From Promethearchaeia archaeon (GTDB lineage Archaea; Asgardarchaeota; Lokiarchaeia; Sigyniarchaeales; SOKP01), in the NCBI GenBank assembly GCA_046497275.1, contig JAWOFX010000001.1, forward strand, positions 305 to 32,304: DNA of 32,000 nucleotides, in the 5' to 3' direction. The notes under the pieces are model-generated. The model did not search any database, had not been told where the DNA came from, and was given only the letters and a program-made list of their open reading frames with translations. Positions 1 to 9,813 of the stretch are shown here, piece by piece; position 1 is the first letter of the stretch, and every line of letters starts with the position of its first letter. A program made the position numbers and the translations under genes.

Positions 1-2
1 TC

Positions 3-2264
3 CATTTTTTTACCAACTTCAGAAACTATAACCAAATCTTTTTTAATGATCCATCTGAAATAAGAGATGATTTAATTGGTTTAAATAATGGAGAGAATAA
101 TTCTTTAAATTCCTCTTCTGATTTTGAAATGTGTGAATTTGCCAATATTAGTTCTAGTAAAACTAATATCAGTTCTATCAATATAGATATCCCCTCCTCA
201 GGATGGAATCTTACAAGTATAGAATTTAATTTTACTGATATTAGTTTAAAACAAGAGACTATCACTTTAGCCTCTGAAAATGATGTTTCAGATGTTTGGG
301 TTCTACAAAATAACAATATCGAACGGTTATCAATGCAAATAAAAGTAACGGAACAAGTCAAGATTAATTCGATTGAAATTTATGGATTTTCGTCTCAAAT
401 TCCTGAAGATGAAGAAGTTTATGTAGGTATAACCGATTGGAATTCAGCTGATAATGTTCCAGATTTAAATACTATTTATGGAGATCCCATTCCAATAAAT
501 ATTTCAAACATACCAACATGGTATGTCCAAAAGTTTTCAAATCCAATTAATTTAGATCCAGGCGATTATGCGTTCGTATTAGATGGATATGGGCGAATTG
601 GAAATGACATCCAATATTATTGGTTTATGAATGAAAGCAATCCGAATCCATTATATATGGGTTATTATTATAGATTTTTAGGCTGGCGCTGGGGGAAAAA
701 CCAGTATGATGTTTTTTGCCATAAGATTAACCAATGGGTTAATCGCTCCTATAAACCATCTGAAATTAATATGACAGCATCTATTAATGAAATTCCTTAT
801 GAAATTTTAGAAGGGTTAAATGTAGGAACGGGATATTTGAATATTTATAATCTAAATTATATCATTCCAGATAATATTCTACATATTACAATTTCTACGA
901 ATGGATCTATTCAGATAAACTTCAACCTGAATTATACAATCAGTATTAACAATCTCAGGAATGTAGATTTATTACTCCATATTAAGGAGGGTAAAGAAAA
1001 TGACTGGAAAATTTTCCCTAATTTAGAGCGTTATCCTTTTTATTATTCAGTTAGTTTTCAAATTCCAACTAATTGGTTTAATTTGTCACTGTATAAAGAT
1101 GATATAGAAATTTCATCAGATCCAGAAATAATTTATCAAAATTATACTCTTACCATTAAAAATGATACTATAACAGCTAATAGCGATTGGTTAATTGCTG
1201 CCCAAAGCGATCGACAAAACTTCGCAATAAATATTCAAAAAACGAGTTATAATCCTGCAGATGAGATAGAAATTGAGATAGGGAGTTCTTTTTTAAATGG
1301 AGAATTTAATTTCATCCTACTTGATAGCATTGGTCAAGAAAAATCTAGCCAAACTAAATCTGTGAATGCTCCAACAGAGATTTTTTCTTATATTGTTCGT
1401 TCTAATGATAGAAGGGGAACTTGGAATGCTTTGATCTTTTGGAATAACCAAACTGATGCTGGAGTTGAAAATGTTTCCTTTATAGTGGAAATTCCCTTTG
1501 TTATAACTCCATTTTTGATATTTTTAATCTCTATTATAAGTATTGGCGCTGTAAGTTCTGTTTATGGGACTTATAAAATTATCAAAAGGAGGAAACGCAT
1601 TCAACAGAAGAGAAAACAAAAAATTATAGATAAATGTATGGATATTGTCAATTTGAATCATATTCTGGTTACTGATAAAAAAAGCTCCTTAACCCTCTTT
1701 GATCAAAAATACGTGGAAAAAGCACTTGAAGCAAACTTAATTTCTGGATTTTTACAAGCCATTCGTTCTTTTGGAATAGAATTAACGGACACTAAGGAAA
1801 GTTCTCAAATAATAAAGCTCGAATATAAAAATTTAAAGGTTATCATGGATGAATACAGTAATTTCAGAATAATAGCTATTATGAAAGAAATACCCTCAAA
1901 CGAATTTTTAAATTCTATAAAAGATCTTTCCTATGAACTTGAAGAGAAATTTGGTAAATACTTGGAAAATTTTAATGGAGATATAAGACCGTTCAAATAT
2001 ATCGACAGATTAATAATAAAGCATCTCAATGGAGAGTTATTACACCCGCTTAAACTCGAGAAAGTTGATGAATCCAAATTTAATCAAGAAGAAAGAACTT
2101 TGATATCAAAAATTTCAAAGCTTAGAAAAATAAAAGAATCAGAATATGTATTTTTTCGAGATTTAGTTCATGAGAGAGCTTGTGACCCAGAAGAAATCAT
2201 TATTATAAATAAATTAATTGAACAGAGAATTTTAAAACCGATTTTAAATCTAAATGAAGATTAA
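3..2264 (+). CDS. Single-pass membrane glycoprotein with large extracellular region and cytoplasmic longin/roadblock-like domain plus small C-terminal helical domain (5'-truncated by window edge)
   Basis: The frame is open from position 3 (HFFTNFRNYNQIFF...) into the ATG at 129, so the true start lies left of the window. One hydrophobic helix (PFLIFLISIISIGAVSSVYGTY, about 1509-1574) is followed by KRRKR. About 15 N-x-S/T sequons occur before the helix and none after. The cytoplasmic part HILVTDKKSSLTLF...LISGFLQAIRSFGIEL...EY resembles the longin-like domain common in Lokiarchaeal proteins. Confidence 0.8.
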   Translation, partial: HFFTNFRNYNQIFFNDPSEIRDDLIGLNNGENNSLNSSSDFEMCEFANISSSKTNISSINIDIPSSGWNLTSIEFNFTDISLKQETITLASENDVSDVWVLQNNNIERLSMQIKVTEQVKINSIEIYGFSSQIPEDEEVYVGITDWNSADNVPDLNTIYGDPIPINISNIPTWYVQKFSNPINLDPGDYAFVLDGYGRIGNDIQYYWFMNESNPNPLYMGYYYRFLGWRWGKNQYDVFCHKINQWVNRSYKPSEINMTASINEIPYEILEGLNVGTGYLNIYNLNYIIPDNILHITISTNGSIQINFNLNYTISINNLRNVDLLLHIKEGKENDWKIFPNLERYPFYYSVSFQIPTNWFNLSLYKDDIEISSDPEIIYQNYTLTIKNDTITANSDWLIAAQSDRQNFAINIQKTSYNPADEIEIEIGSSFLNGEFNFILLDSIGQEKSSQTKSVNAPTEIFSYIVRSNDRRGTWNALIFWNNQTDAGVENVSFIVEIPFVITPFLIFLISIISIGAVSSVYGTYKIIKRRKRIQQKRKQKIIDKCMDIVNLNHILVTDKKSSLTLFDQKYVEKALEANLISGFLQAIRSFGIELTDTKESSQIIKLEYKNLKVIMDEYSNFRIIAIMKEIPSNEFLNSIKDLSYELEEKFGKYLENFNGDIRPFKYIDRLIIKHLNGELLHPLKLEKVDESKFNQEERTLISKISKLRKIKESEYVFFRDLVHERACDPEEIIIINKLIEQRILKPILNLNED

Positions 2265-2475
2265 ATTTATTTTATAACTAAAATTCAATAAATGATATTT
2301 AAGTACTGCCTTTTTCTTTAATTATTAATATTATAATTCTTATAGCTTTTTAATTAATTTTTAAGTATCATTATAAATATCTACAATTATCAAACAAATA
2401 TTTTTAAATCTAATATTAATAATAGAAGTTATATTTGGAAGATAAAATAATATTCAATAGAGAGGGAAAAAAATA

Positions 2476-3963
2476 ATGAATGAATTAAAAAATACATGGA
2501 AAACCCATCCAAATTTATATGAGATAAACACTTGGCCATGGTTAACAGAATTATCTGAAATATACAATGAAGAGATTAAACTAGATAACATCCCAGAGGA
2601 GATTTTCGAGAAATATATCAAATATTTTGATGCAGTTTGGCTTATGGGAGTCTGGGAGAGGAGCCCGGCAAGCAAACGAATAGCACATGATCATCCAGAT
2701 CTTCAAAACGAATATAAAAAAGCCATAGATCATGTAAAAGAGGAGGAAATTATTGGGTCTCCTTATGCTGTTTATTATTATCATGTTGATAAAGGATTAG
2801 GAGGTAAAGAAGAGTTAAATAAATTTAGAGAGAGATTAAATGATAAAAATGTCAATTTAATCTTAGATTATGTCCCGAATCATATAGCGAGAGATCATCT
2901 GTGGACTCTAGAAAAATCTGATATGTTCATAGAAGGAACATGGGAAGATATGAATAATCATCCTGATGGTTATTTTTCCTCATATGGAAAAGTACGGGCG
3001 CATGGAAAAGACCCATATTTTCCAGCATGGACAGATACGGTTCAAATCAACGCGTTTTCCGAAGATGCAAGACATAAAGCGATCCACACCCTCCTAACGA
3101 TTGCAGAAATTTGCGATGGAGTTCGCTGTGATATGGCAATGCTCGTAACAAATGAGATCTTCAAGAAAACATGGGGGGATAAAGTTGGAAATCCACCTGA
3201 AAAAGATTTCTGGGAAGAAATTATCCCTAGAATCAAAAATAAACATCGGAATTTCAAATTTATCGCGGAAGTTTATTGGGATATGGAGTGGAAGTTGCAA
3301 CAACAAGGTTTTGATTATACCTATGATGAAAAATTATACAATTATATTATGAACGAAAGTCCTCAATCAATTCGAAATCATATTACAGCAGAATGGGAAT
3401 ACAATAAAAAATCATTAAGATATATAGAAAACCACGATGAACAGAGAACAGTAAAACAGATGGGTATTTTAAAATCAAAAGCGGCTGCAATTTTAGCATT
3501 GAGTCTTCCAGGGATGGGCTTAGTGCACGAAGGTCAGATGAAAGGTTATGAAATTAAAATCCCCGTTCAATTGAAAAGAAGAACGAATGAAATGATAAAA
3601 AATAATGTGCTAGAATTTTATCGAACACTTTTAGCAATAATTAAGGATAATGATATTAAAAAAAATAATTGGGAATTATGTAATGTCACCCAAACAAGCC
3701 AAGATGATCAATCAAATAAATATATCATTTCTTATCATTGGTGGAACGCCCAAGAACATTATTTATTTATTATCAATTTTAGCGAGAATTTTTCAAATGG
3801 AAAAATAAAAATTCCTACACTTAATTTAACATCGGGAAAATTAAAGTTCAAAAATCTATTTACTGATGAAATTTTAAGATACGACGCTTCTGAAATTCAA
3901 AATAATGGCTTTAAAGTTGAGTTAGCTAGTTGGAAATATAATATATTCCATATAAATTCTTAA
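2476..3963 (+). CDS. GH13 alpha-amylase-family glycoside hydrolase
   Basis: GH13 conserved regions: LDYVPNH, DGVRCDMA (nucleophile Asp), FIAEVYW (acid/base Glu), YIENHDE (Asp); C-terminal beta domain. Confidence 0.9.
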   Translation: MNELKNTWKTHPNLYEINTWPWLTELSEIYNEEIKLDNIPEEIFEKYIKYFDAVWLMGVWERSPASKRIAHDHPDLQNEYKKAIDHVKEEEIIGSPYAVYYYHVDKGLGGKEELNKFRERLNDKNVNLILDYVPNHIARDHLWTLEKSDMFIEGTWEDMNNHPDGYFSSYGKVRAHGKDPYFPAWTDTVQINAFSEDARHKAIHTLLTIAEICDGVRCDMAMLVTNEIFKKTWGDKVGNPPEKDFWEEIIPRIKNKHRNFKFIAEVYWDMEWKLQQQGFDYTYDEKLYNYIMNESPQSIRNHITAEWEYNKKSLRYIENHDEQRTVKQMGILKSKAAAILALSLPGMGLVHEGQMKGYEIKIPVQLKRRTNEMIKNNVLEFYRTLLAIIKDNDIKKNNWELCNVTQTSQDDQSNKYIISYHWWNAQEHYLFIINFSENFSNGKIKIPTLNLTSGKLKFKNLFTDEILRYDASEIQNNGFKVELASWKYNIFHINS

Positions 3964-4110
3964 TTATATTTTTTAAATATTTTTTTTTCCAAAATCGTTC
4001 TAAAGAAAGAAGTAGAAGATATATTATTAAAGATTGAAGTCTTGAAATAATTTTTAAAAATGAATATAAATTAAGAAAATAATTAAGAAACAGAAAAAAT
4101 TGTAAATTAT

Positions 4111-5349
4111 ATGACATCTACTAATAGAAGATTAGTTGAAGCATTAATTAAAAAAGGAGTTAATATTCCTAATCCATCTACTATTGAGATCGGAGAAGAA
4201 GTTGATTTAAATTTTATCTCAGCTGAAGGAGTTATTATACACTCAGGTTGTAAAATATTTGGAGAAAAGACTCTTATTATGTCAAATGTGGAATTAGGAG
4301 CTAGATCTCCGGTCACTATTAATAATTGTCAATTAGGTAGGAATGTTGAGTTAAAAGGGGGTTACTTTGAAGAATCTACTTTCTTAGATTCTGCGAATAT
4401 GGGAGATGGTGCAGAAGTTAGAAAAGGGTGTTTATTAGAAGAAAAAACAAATGGAGCTCATACTGTTGGGCTTAAACAAACAATACTCTTTCCATTTGTT
4501 ACATTAGGCAGTATAATTAATTTTTGTGATATTTTAATGGCTGGGGGAACAAGTAGGAAAAATCATAGTGAGGTGGGGAGTTCCTATATTCATTTTAATT
4601 ATACTCCTAATCAAGATAAAGCAACTGCCTCTTTGATCGGTGATGTTGCTCACGGAGTTATGTTTAATAAGCCTCCTATCTTTTTAGGTGGTCAAGGTGG
4701 TTTAGTAGGACCAGCTATTATTGGATATAATACAGTTATTGCGGCAGGTGTCATTTATCGAGATGATTGTCCCCAAGGGAATAAGCTACTAAGGAATAAG
4801 GAAGAAATCAAGGAAGATTTAGAATTCTATCCTGGTATATATTGGAATATAAAAAGAAAAGTACTCAATTGTGTTCAATATATAGCAAACATAATAGCCC
4901 TTAAACAATGGTATCTTTTTGTGCGTCAGAGATTTTTTCAAGGAAATAAGTTGGATAATAAGCTTTTTGAAGGAGCCATGGAAAAAATAGAGATTATTTT
5001 GGAGGAGAGATTAAAAAGATTTATCGATCTAGCTAATAATATGGAGCAATCAATTAAATTATATGAATCGATTATGGGTGATCAAGCTTCAAAAACACTC
5101 TTAACTCAAAAAAAAGAACTTTTTGAAAATATTGAAGCTATAGAAAATATTTTTAATGAATACATTTCATATAGGGGAGATATTGAAAAGAGAGATGAGT
5201 TTTTAAAAAGGATTGATACAAATCTAGATTACATCAAAGCAATAAAAACATTAGATAAAGATTCTTCAGAAATTGGAATTAAATGGCTCTTGAGCATTAT
5301 TAATGAGATAAGAGAAAAAGTAATTCAGAATTTACCTTCTTTTGTATAA
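4111..5349 (+). CDS. GlmU-like left-handed beta-helix protein (probable glucosamine-1-phosphate N-acetyltransferase) lacking the nucleotidyltransferase domain
   Basis: Hexapeptide-like repeats in the N-terminal half (STIEIGEEV, GVIIHSGCKI, GRNVELKG, GDGAEVRKG). Segments GSIINFCD, SEVGSSYIHFNY and IFLGGQGGLVGPAIIGYNTVIAAG parallel the GlmU acetyltransferase domain. No N-terminal GxGxR pyrophosphorylase motif. Helical C-terminal extension. Adjacent to glmS. Confidence 0.7.
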   Translation: MTSTNRRLVEALIKKGVNIPNPSTIEIGEEVDLNFISAEGVIIHSGCKIFGEKTLIMSNVELGARSPVTINNCQLGRNVELKGGYFEESTFLDSANMGDGAEVRKGCLLEEKTNGAHTVGLKQTILFPFVTLGSIINFCDILMAGGTSRKNHSEVGSSYIHFNYTPNQDKATASLIGDVAHGVMFNKPPIFLGGQGGLVGPAIIGYNTVIAAGVIYRDDCPQGNKLLRNKEEIKEDLEFYPGIYWNIKRKVLNCVQYIANIIALKQWYLFVRQRFFQGNKLDNKLFEGAMEKIEIILEERLKRFIDLANNMEQSIKLYESIMGDQASKTLLTQKKELFENIEAIENIFNEYISYRGDIEKRDEFLKRIDTNLDYIKAIKTLDKDSSEIGIKWLLSIINEIREKVIQNLPSFV

Positions 5350-5356
5350 ATTTCTT

Positions 5357-7210
5357 TTAGTGAACAGTAACAGTTTTACTAAGATTTAATGGTTTGTCAG
5401 GGTCTAATTTTGAGCTGATAGAAGCATAATAAGCTAATAATTGTAAGGCTGGGGTAAATGTAATAGGACTGAAAATATTATGATATTTATCACCGGGTTG
5501 TGGGATTCTTATTACCATATCACTTAAATTAGCGATTTTTTTATCATTCTCAACAACTAGTGAAATTATTTTACCTCCTCGTGATTTAAACTCCATTACA
5601 TTACCGATTAATCGCTGATATGTTTCGTCCGGGGGAGCTACAAATATAATCGGGAAACCTTCTCTAACTAAAGAAATTGGTCCATGCTTCGCATGAGCTG
5701 CTGAATAACCCTCTATAAATCGACATGCCACTTCTTTTAACTTTAAACCTCCCTCTTTCGCAGTTGCGATAGATATACCTCTTGCTAAAAAGAAAAAGTT
5801 TTTACTTTTTTGTAAGGTCTCCACAATCTCTTTGATTAAATCTACATTATTTTCTAAAAAATTCTTAATAATTTCAGGAGTGGAGTATAAAGCTTCATAA
5901 TATTTTTCAATTTCCTCTCGAGGTTCAATTTTTCTAAACTTGGCAATTTCTAAAGCAAGCAAAGCTAGCGTAAGAACTTGTGTACAATATGTTTTAGTTG
6001 CTGCGACTCCAATTTCTGGTCCTGCTTGGGTCAAAATAACTCTATCAGAATATCTTGTAATTGAAGATCCAACAACATTAGTAATAGATAATATTTTGAT
6101 GTCTTTTCTTTGTTTTTTTGCCCATCTTATCGCTTCAATAGTATCAATAGTTTCTCCCGATTGGGAGACAGCAATAATAACAGAATTTTCTTTTAAAGAA
6201 TTGCCTAATTGATTTTGAAATTCGGAACATTCAATCGCATGAATATATTTATCTAAAAAACGAGTTATTACATATTTACCTGCTAAAGATGCATAAAACG
6301 AAGTACCAGCTGCAGTAATATAAATATTATCTGCAGACCAAATATCATGTGCGAAGAGTCTTAAATTCCTCTCAGAAATTTTTAATGTTCGATTCAAAGC
6401 GGTTGGCTCCTCGTATATTTCTTTGAGCATAAAATGTTCAAAACCTCCTTTTTCTGCAGCATCGATACTCCAGTCTATTTTCTGCATTTCTTTTTCAATT
6501 TTTTGATCATTTTCAAGATCAAAAAATAGTACCTCGTTCGCTTTTAATATAGCAATCTCATTATCTTCCATAAGATAACAATTTCGTGTCAAAGGTAAAA
6601 ACGCAGGAATATCAGAGGCACAATAAGTAGTTTTACCCTCTTCTATTCCAATTACTAAAGGAGACTCATAACGAGCAACAATAATCGAATCAGGAGTGTA
6701 TACGGAACACACTGCAATTGCATATGACCCCTTACATTTATCTAACGCTTCTTTTACCGCTTGTTTTAAATTTGAGGTTTTTTGCATTGATTCTTCAATT
6801 AAATGAGCAATAACTTCTGTATCTGTTTCTGACTTAAATTTATGTCCTCTTGATAAGAGTTCTTCCTTTAAATCTAAGAAATTTTCAATAATTCCATTAT
6901 GAACAACAGCAATTTTTCCTGAACAATCTGTATGGGGATGACTATTTAATTTAGTAGGTGCTCCATGCGTTGCCCATCTAGTGTGTGCAAGAGCAATTTT
7001 AGATCCTTCTGGAAAATCAGTTAGGTCAATTTTTTTATGAATATCGTCGATTTTTCCTGCTCCTTTTTTAATGCATAATTTAGAATCATACTGAGCCACT
7101 ATGCCACAAGAATCATATCCTCGATATTCTAACCTCTTAATTCCTTCGTAAGCAAGTTTTCCTATCGAAGTATTTGCTTGTTCAGTAATAATGCCAAAGA
7201 TTCCACACAT
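5357..7210 (-). CDS. glmS: Glutamine-fructose-6-phosphate transaminase (isomerizing)
   Basis: N-terminal MCGIFG (catalytic Cys), LEYRGYDSCG, HTRWATHG, VHNGIIEN, SETDTEV, SQSGET, AATKT and C-terminal PDKPLNLSKTVTVH. Confidence 0.97.
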   Translation of the reverse strand: MCGIFGIITEQANTSIGKLAYEGIKRLEYRGYDSCGIVAQYDSKLCIKKGAGKIDDIHKKIDLTDFPEGSKIALAHTRWATHGAPTKLNSHPHTDCSGKIAVVHNGIIENFLDLKEELLSRGHKFKSETDTEVIAHLIEESMQKTSNLKQAVKEALDKCKGSYAIAVCSVYTPDSIIVARYESPLVIGIEEGKTTYCASDIPAFLPLTRNCYLMEDNEIAILKANEVLFFDLENDQKIEKEMQKIDWSIDAAEKGGFEHFMLKEIYEEPTALNRTLKISERNLRLFAHDIWSADNIYITAAGTSFYASLAGKYVITRFLDKYIHAIECSEFQNQLGNSLKENSVIIAVSQSGETIDTIEAIRWAKKQRKDIKILSITNVVGSSITRYSDRVILTQAGPEIGVAATKTYCTQVLTLALLALEIAKFRKIEPREEIEKYYEALYSTPEIIKNFLENNVDLIKEIVETLQKSKNFFFLARGISIATAKEGGLKLKEVACRFIEGYSAAHAKHGPISLVREGFPIIFVAPPDETYQRLIGNVMEFKSRGGKIISLVVENDKKIANLSDMVIRIPQPGDKYHNIFSPITFTPALQLLAYYASISSKLDPDKPLNLSKTVTVH

Positions 7211-7405
7211 AACAAAATTAAGTTATCGTTTCTTAGAATTTAAAATATATCAAAATTTTTTAAGATTATCCTATATTTCTTAATATATTCAATTTAAACG
7301 AATCTATATTTGAAAAGTTCAATATCTTATATTAAAAAATTAAATTTTTAAAATATTTAGATTTAATTTAAAAAAATTTGTATAAAATTAATTTAGGAAT
7401 TTATT

Positions 7406-8365
7406 ATGACAATAAAAGTTATTATTACTAGAGATTTTGACGATATGAGTGAGGTCGCAGCCGAAATTGTAAAGGATTTAATTCTTAAAATATTAAAGGA
7501 AAAGGAAAAATTAGTTTTTGGATTAGCAACTGGACATTCACCCACAGGGCTATATAAAAATTTAGCACATTTTCTTAATTCGAATGAAATTAACAATCAA
7601 CGCTTCTGCAGTTTTAATCTTGATGAATATATAGGTTTACCTGGAGAAAATTCACAACAAAGAGTTCTACATCCTGAAAGTTATTGCTATTTTATGATTC
7701 AAGAGTTTTTTGGACTCCTTAATAAAAAATTTAGAGAGACATATGTTCCTTTTGGAAATTTGATTGATCAAAAAATCCTCAAACAAGAACTTGATACTCA
7801 TCCTAATGATTATACAGAGTTGGGTAAGGATGCTGGAAAATCTATTGTGATAAAAGAAAATACAGAATCAAAATATTTAGCGTGGATACGTGAGTCCGTT
7901 TTAAATGCTTATTTAAAAAAGATTGAAGACAAGGGAGGTATAGATTTACAGGTTATTGGAGTAGGAGGTAGAGGTCATGTAGCCTTCCATGAATCAGGAA
8001 TTCCTTTTGAAGGCAGTGATATGCTGTTAATTAAGCTTGATGAAAATACTATCAATAATGCGATTAAAGATGGTCATTTTTCAAATAGAGAAAATTCTCC
8101 CCATTATGCCATCAGTATGGGGGCAGAACTGGTTTATAAGGCTAGAAACATAATATTATTAGCAAATGGAAGACGAAAAACAGATCCTGTCGCAGAATCA
8201 TTATTAAACATACCAACTCCAGAAATACCGATTTCCTATGGTCAGAAATATTCTGAAAAGGGAGGGAATCTGATTTATATCCTTGATAAGATTGCAGCTC
8301 AAAAACTTATGACTAATGGAAGAGTCTTGGAAAAGAAAGGAATAGAACTTAAACTTATAGAATAA
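7406..8365 (+). CDS. nagB: Glucosamine-6-phosphate deaminase/isomerase family protein (long form with insertion)
   Basis: GLATGHSP phosphate loop, FNLDEYIGL, GGIDLQVIGVGGRGHVAFHE, AISMG, LLANGRRK; sits within the amino-sugar cluster. Confidence 0.82.
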   Translation: MTIKVIITRDFDDMSEVAAEIVKDLILKILKEKEKLVFGLATGHSPTGLYKNLAHFLNSNEINNQRFCSFNLDEYIGLPGENSQQRVLHPESYCYFMIQEFFGLLNKKFRETYVPFGNLIDQKILKQELDTHPNDYTELGKDAGKSIVIKENTESKYLAWIRESVLNAYLKKIEDKGGIDLQVIGVGGRGHVAFHESGIPFEGSDMLLIKLDENTINNAIKDGHFSNRENSPHYAISMGAELVYKARNIILLANGRRKTDPVAESLLNIPTPEIPISYGQKYSEKGGNLIYILDKIAAQKLMTNGRVLEKKGIELKLIE

Positions 8366-8385
8366 TACTTTCGATAGAATTTAGC

Positions 8386-9813
8386 TTATATTAAATCTAG
8401 TTTTAACATTTTCTCTTCAGCCATTTTATTCATCCTTTTTGAGGCTTCTAAATTCTCGGTTGATTCTCCTGAAATTCTTAAATATGGACTGGTCCCAGAA
8501 CGTCTTATTAAAATCCAACCATCATTATAATCAATCCTTACTCCATCCCTCTTATTAATATTCTTAATTTCTTTTCCTTCAGAATTAAGAATCTCTTTCA
8601 TTTCATCGATAATTTTATTGTTTATTTCTTCAGTAAAGGGGATGTCTTCCTTTAATTTGAAGGCGTCACGATAATAAGGATACTCTGGAATGTCACTAAG
8701 TAATTTTCGTAAACTCATATTTGAGTCACTAATCATTTTTAAAACATTAGCGATTGTAAATATTGAATCTGGTCCAAGATGCGATTCAGGCCATATATAA
8801 GTTCCCGACGTTTCTCCACCTAAAAATCCCCCTTGCTCTTCTAATGCTTGAGCAACCTTAATATCTCCAACTTCAGTTCTAATTACCTCACAACCTAAAG
8901 GATTTAAAACGTCTTCTATTAGACTTGAGGAATTAATAGGTGTAGCAACTTTCATATTCTCATTTGATATTTGATCTTTATTTCTCTTCAAATAATCAAC
9001 TGCCATTAATGTTAAGAGACGAATTGGATCTACTATTGTTCCATTTTCGTCAAGAAATATTACTCGATCAGCATCACCGTCAAGAGCAATTCCAATATCA
9101 TCCGTATCTGATGTTCTAAGAAATTTAGCTATTTGAACTAAATTTTCTTTACTTGGTTCAGAATTGCGACCTGGAAATTTTCCATCCATTTGAGCATTAA
9201 TAGTCATTAAATTTACATCATATTCACTTAATAATTGTGGAACAATATTACATCCTGCTCCATTTCCAGGATCAACTATAGCATGTAATTTACTTCCATT
9301 GAATTTTATTTGATGGGTAATTTGTGCAATATGTGCATCATTTATATCATTTATATGCGATACAGTCCCTACTCCATCCCATTCTATATTAAGAAAAGCT
9401 TTATCAGTATAGATCTTTTCAATTTCTTCTTCCTGTTCTTCAATATATCCCATTCCTGTGGGATTCCAGAATTTTAGACCAATATATTCAGGTGTATTAT
9501 GTGAGGCAGTGATAACAACTCCACAATCTGCACCCAAATAACGTAGAGACATTGCTAAGGTGGGTGTGGTGACAATTCCTAATGTTTTAACAATACACCC
9601 AGTACTAACGAGGCCTGATATAAATGCATATTCAATTGGTAAGGCACTCGTTCTTATATCTTTTCCGATTACAACAGTGGCGTCTCCATTCAAATAGGTT
9701 CCTAGAGCTAACCCAACTTCTAAAGCCATCTGAGGAGTTAACATAACATCTGTGTTGTCATAATTGCTAAAAATTCTCCTAATACCGCTTGTACCAAAAA
9801 TTGTTCTTGACAT
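8386..9813 (-). CDS. glmM: Phosphoglucosamine mutase / alpha-D-phosphohexomutase
   Basis: FGTSGIR, phosphoserine loop ITASHN, metal loop DGDADR, sugar loop GGETSG, IRRSGTSP. GlmM specificity is inferred from the neighbourhood. Confidence 0.78.
   Translation of the reverse strand: MSRTIFGTSGIRRIFSNYDNTDVMLTPQMALEVGLALGTYLNGDATVVIGKDIRTSALPIEYAFISGLVSTGCIVKTLGIVTTPTLAMSLRYLGADCGVVITASHNTPEYIGLKFWNPTGMGYIEEQEEEIEKIYTDKAFLNIEWDGVGTVSHINDINDAHIAQITHQIKFNGSKLHAIVDPGNGAGCNIVPQLLSEYDVNLMTINAQMDGKFPGRNSEPSKENLVQIAKFLRTSDTDDIGIALDGDADRVIFLDENGTIVDPIRLLTLMAVDYLKRNKDQISNENMKVATPINSSSLIEDVLNPLGCEVIRTEVGDIKVAQALEEQGGFLGGETSGTYIWPESHLGPDSIFTIANVLKMISDSNMSLRKLLSDIPEYPYYRDAFKLKEDIPFTEEINNKIIDEMKEILNSEGKEIKNINKRDGVRIDYNDGWILIRRSGTSPYLRISGESTENLEASKRMNKMAEEKMLKLDLI

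Noticed and set aside
26-361. Minus-strand 111-aa ORF
   Set aside because: Antisense shadow of the membrane-protein gene; no motif.
2454-4316. Short minus-strand ORFs (2454, 2581, 3042, 3094, 3926, 4107) and plus 3152
   Set aside because: Overlap the well-supported GH13 and GlmU-like genes; shadow-like composition.
5940-6212. Plus-strand 90-aa ORF
   Set aside because: Wholly antisense to glmS; no independent evidence.
7211-7405. glmS ribozyme upstream of glmS
   Set aside because: The region is extremely AT-rich, with no GC-rich ribozyme core or pseudoknot on the minus strand. The short A/T palindromes here are expected by chance.
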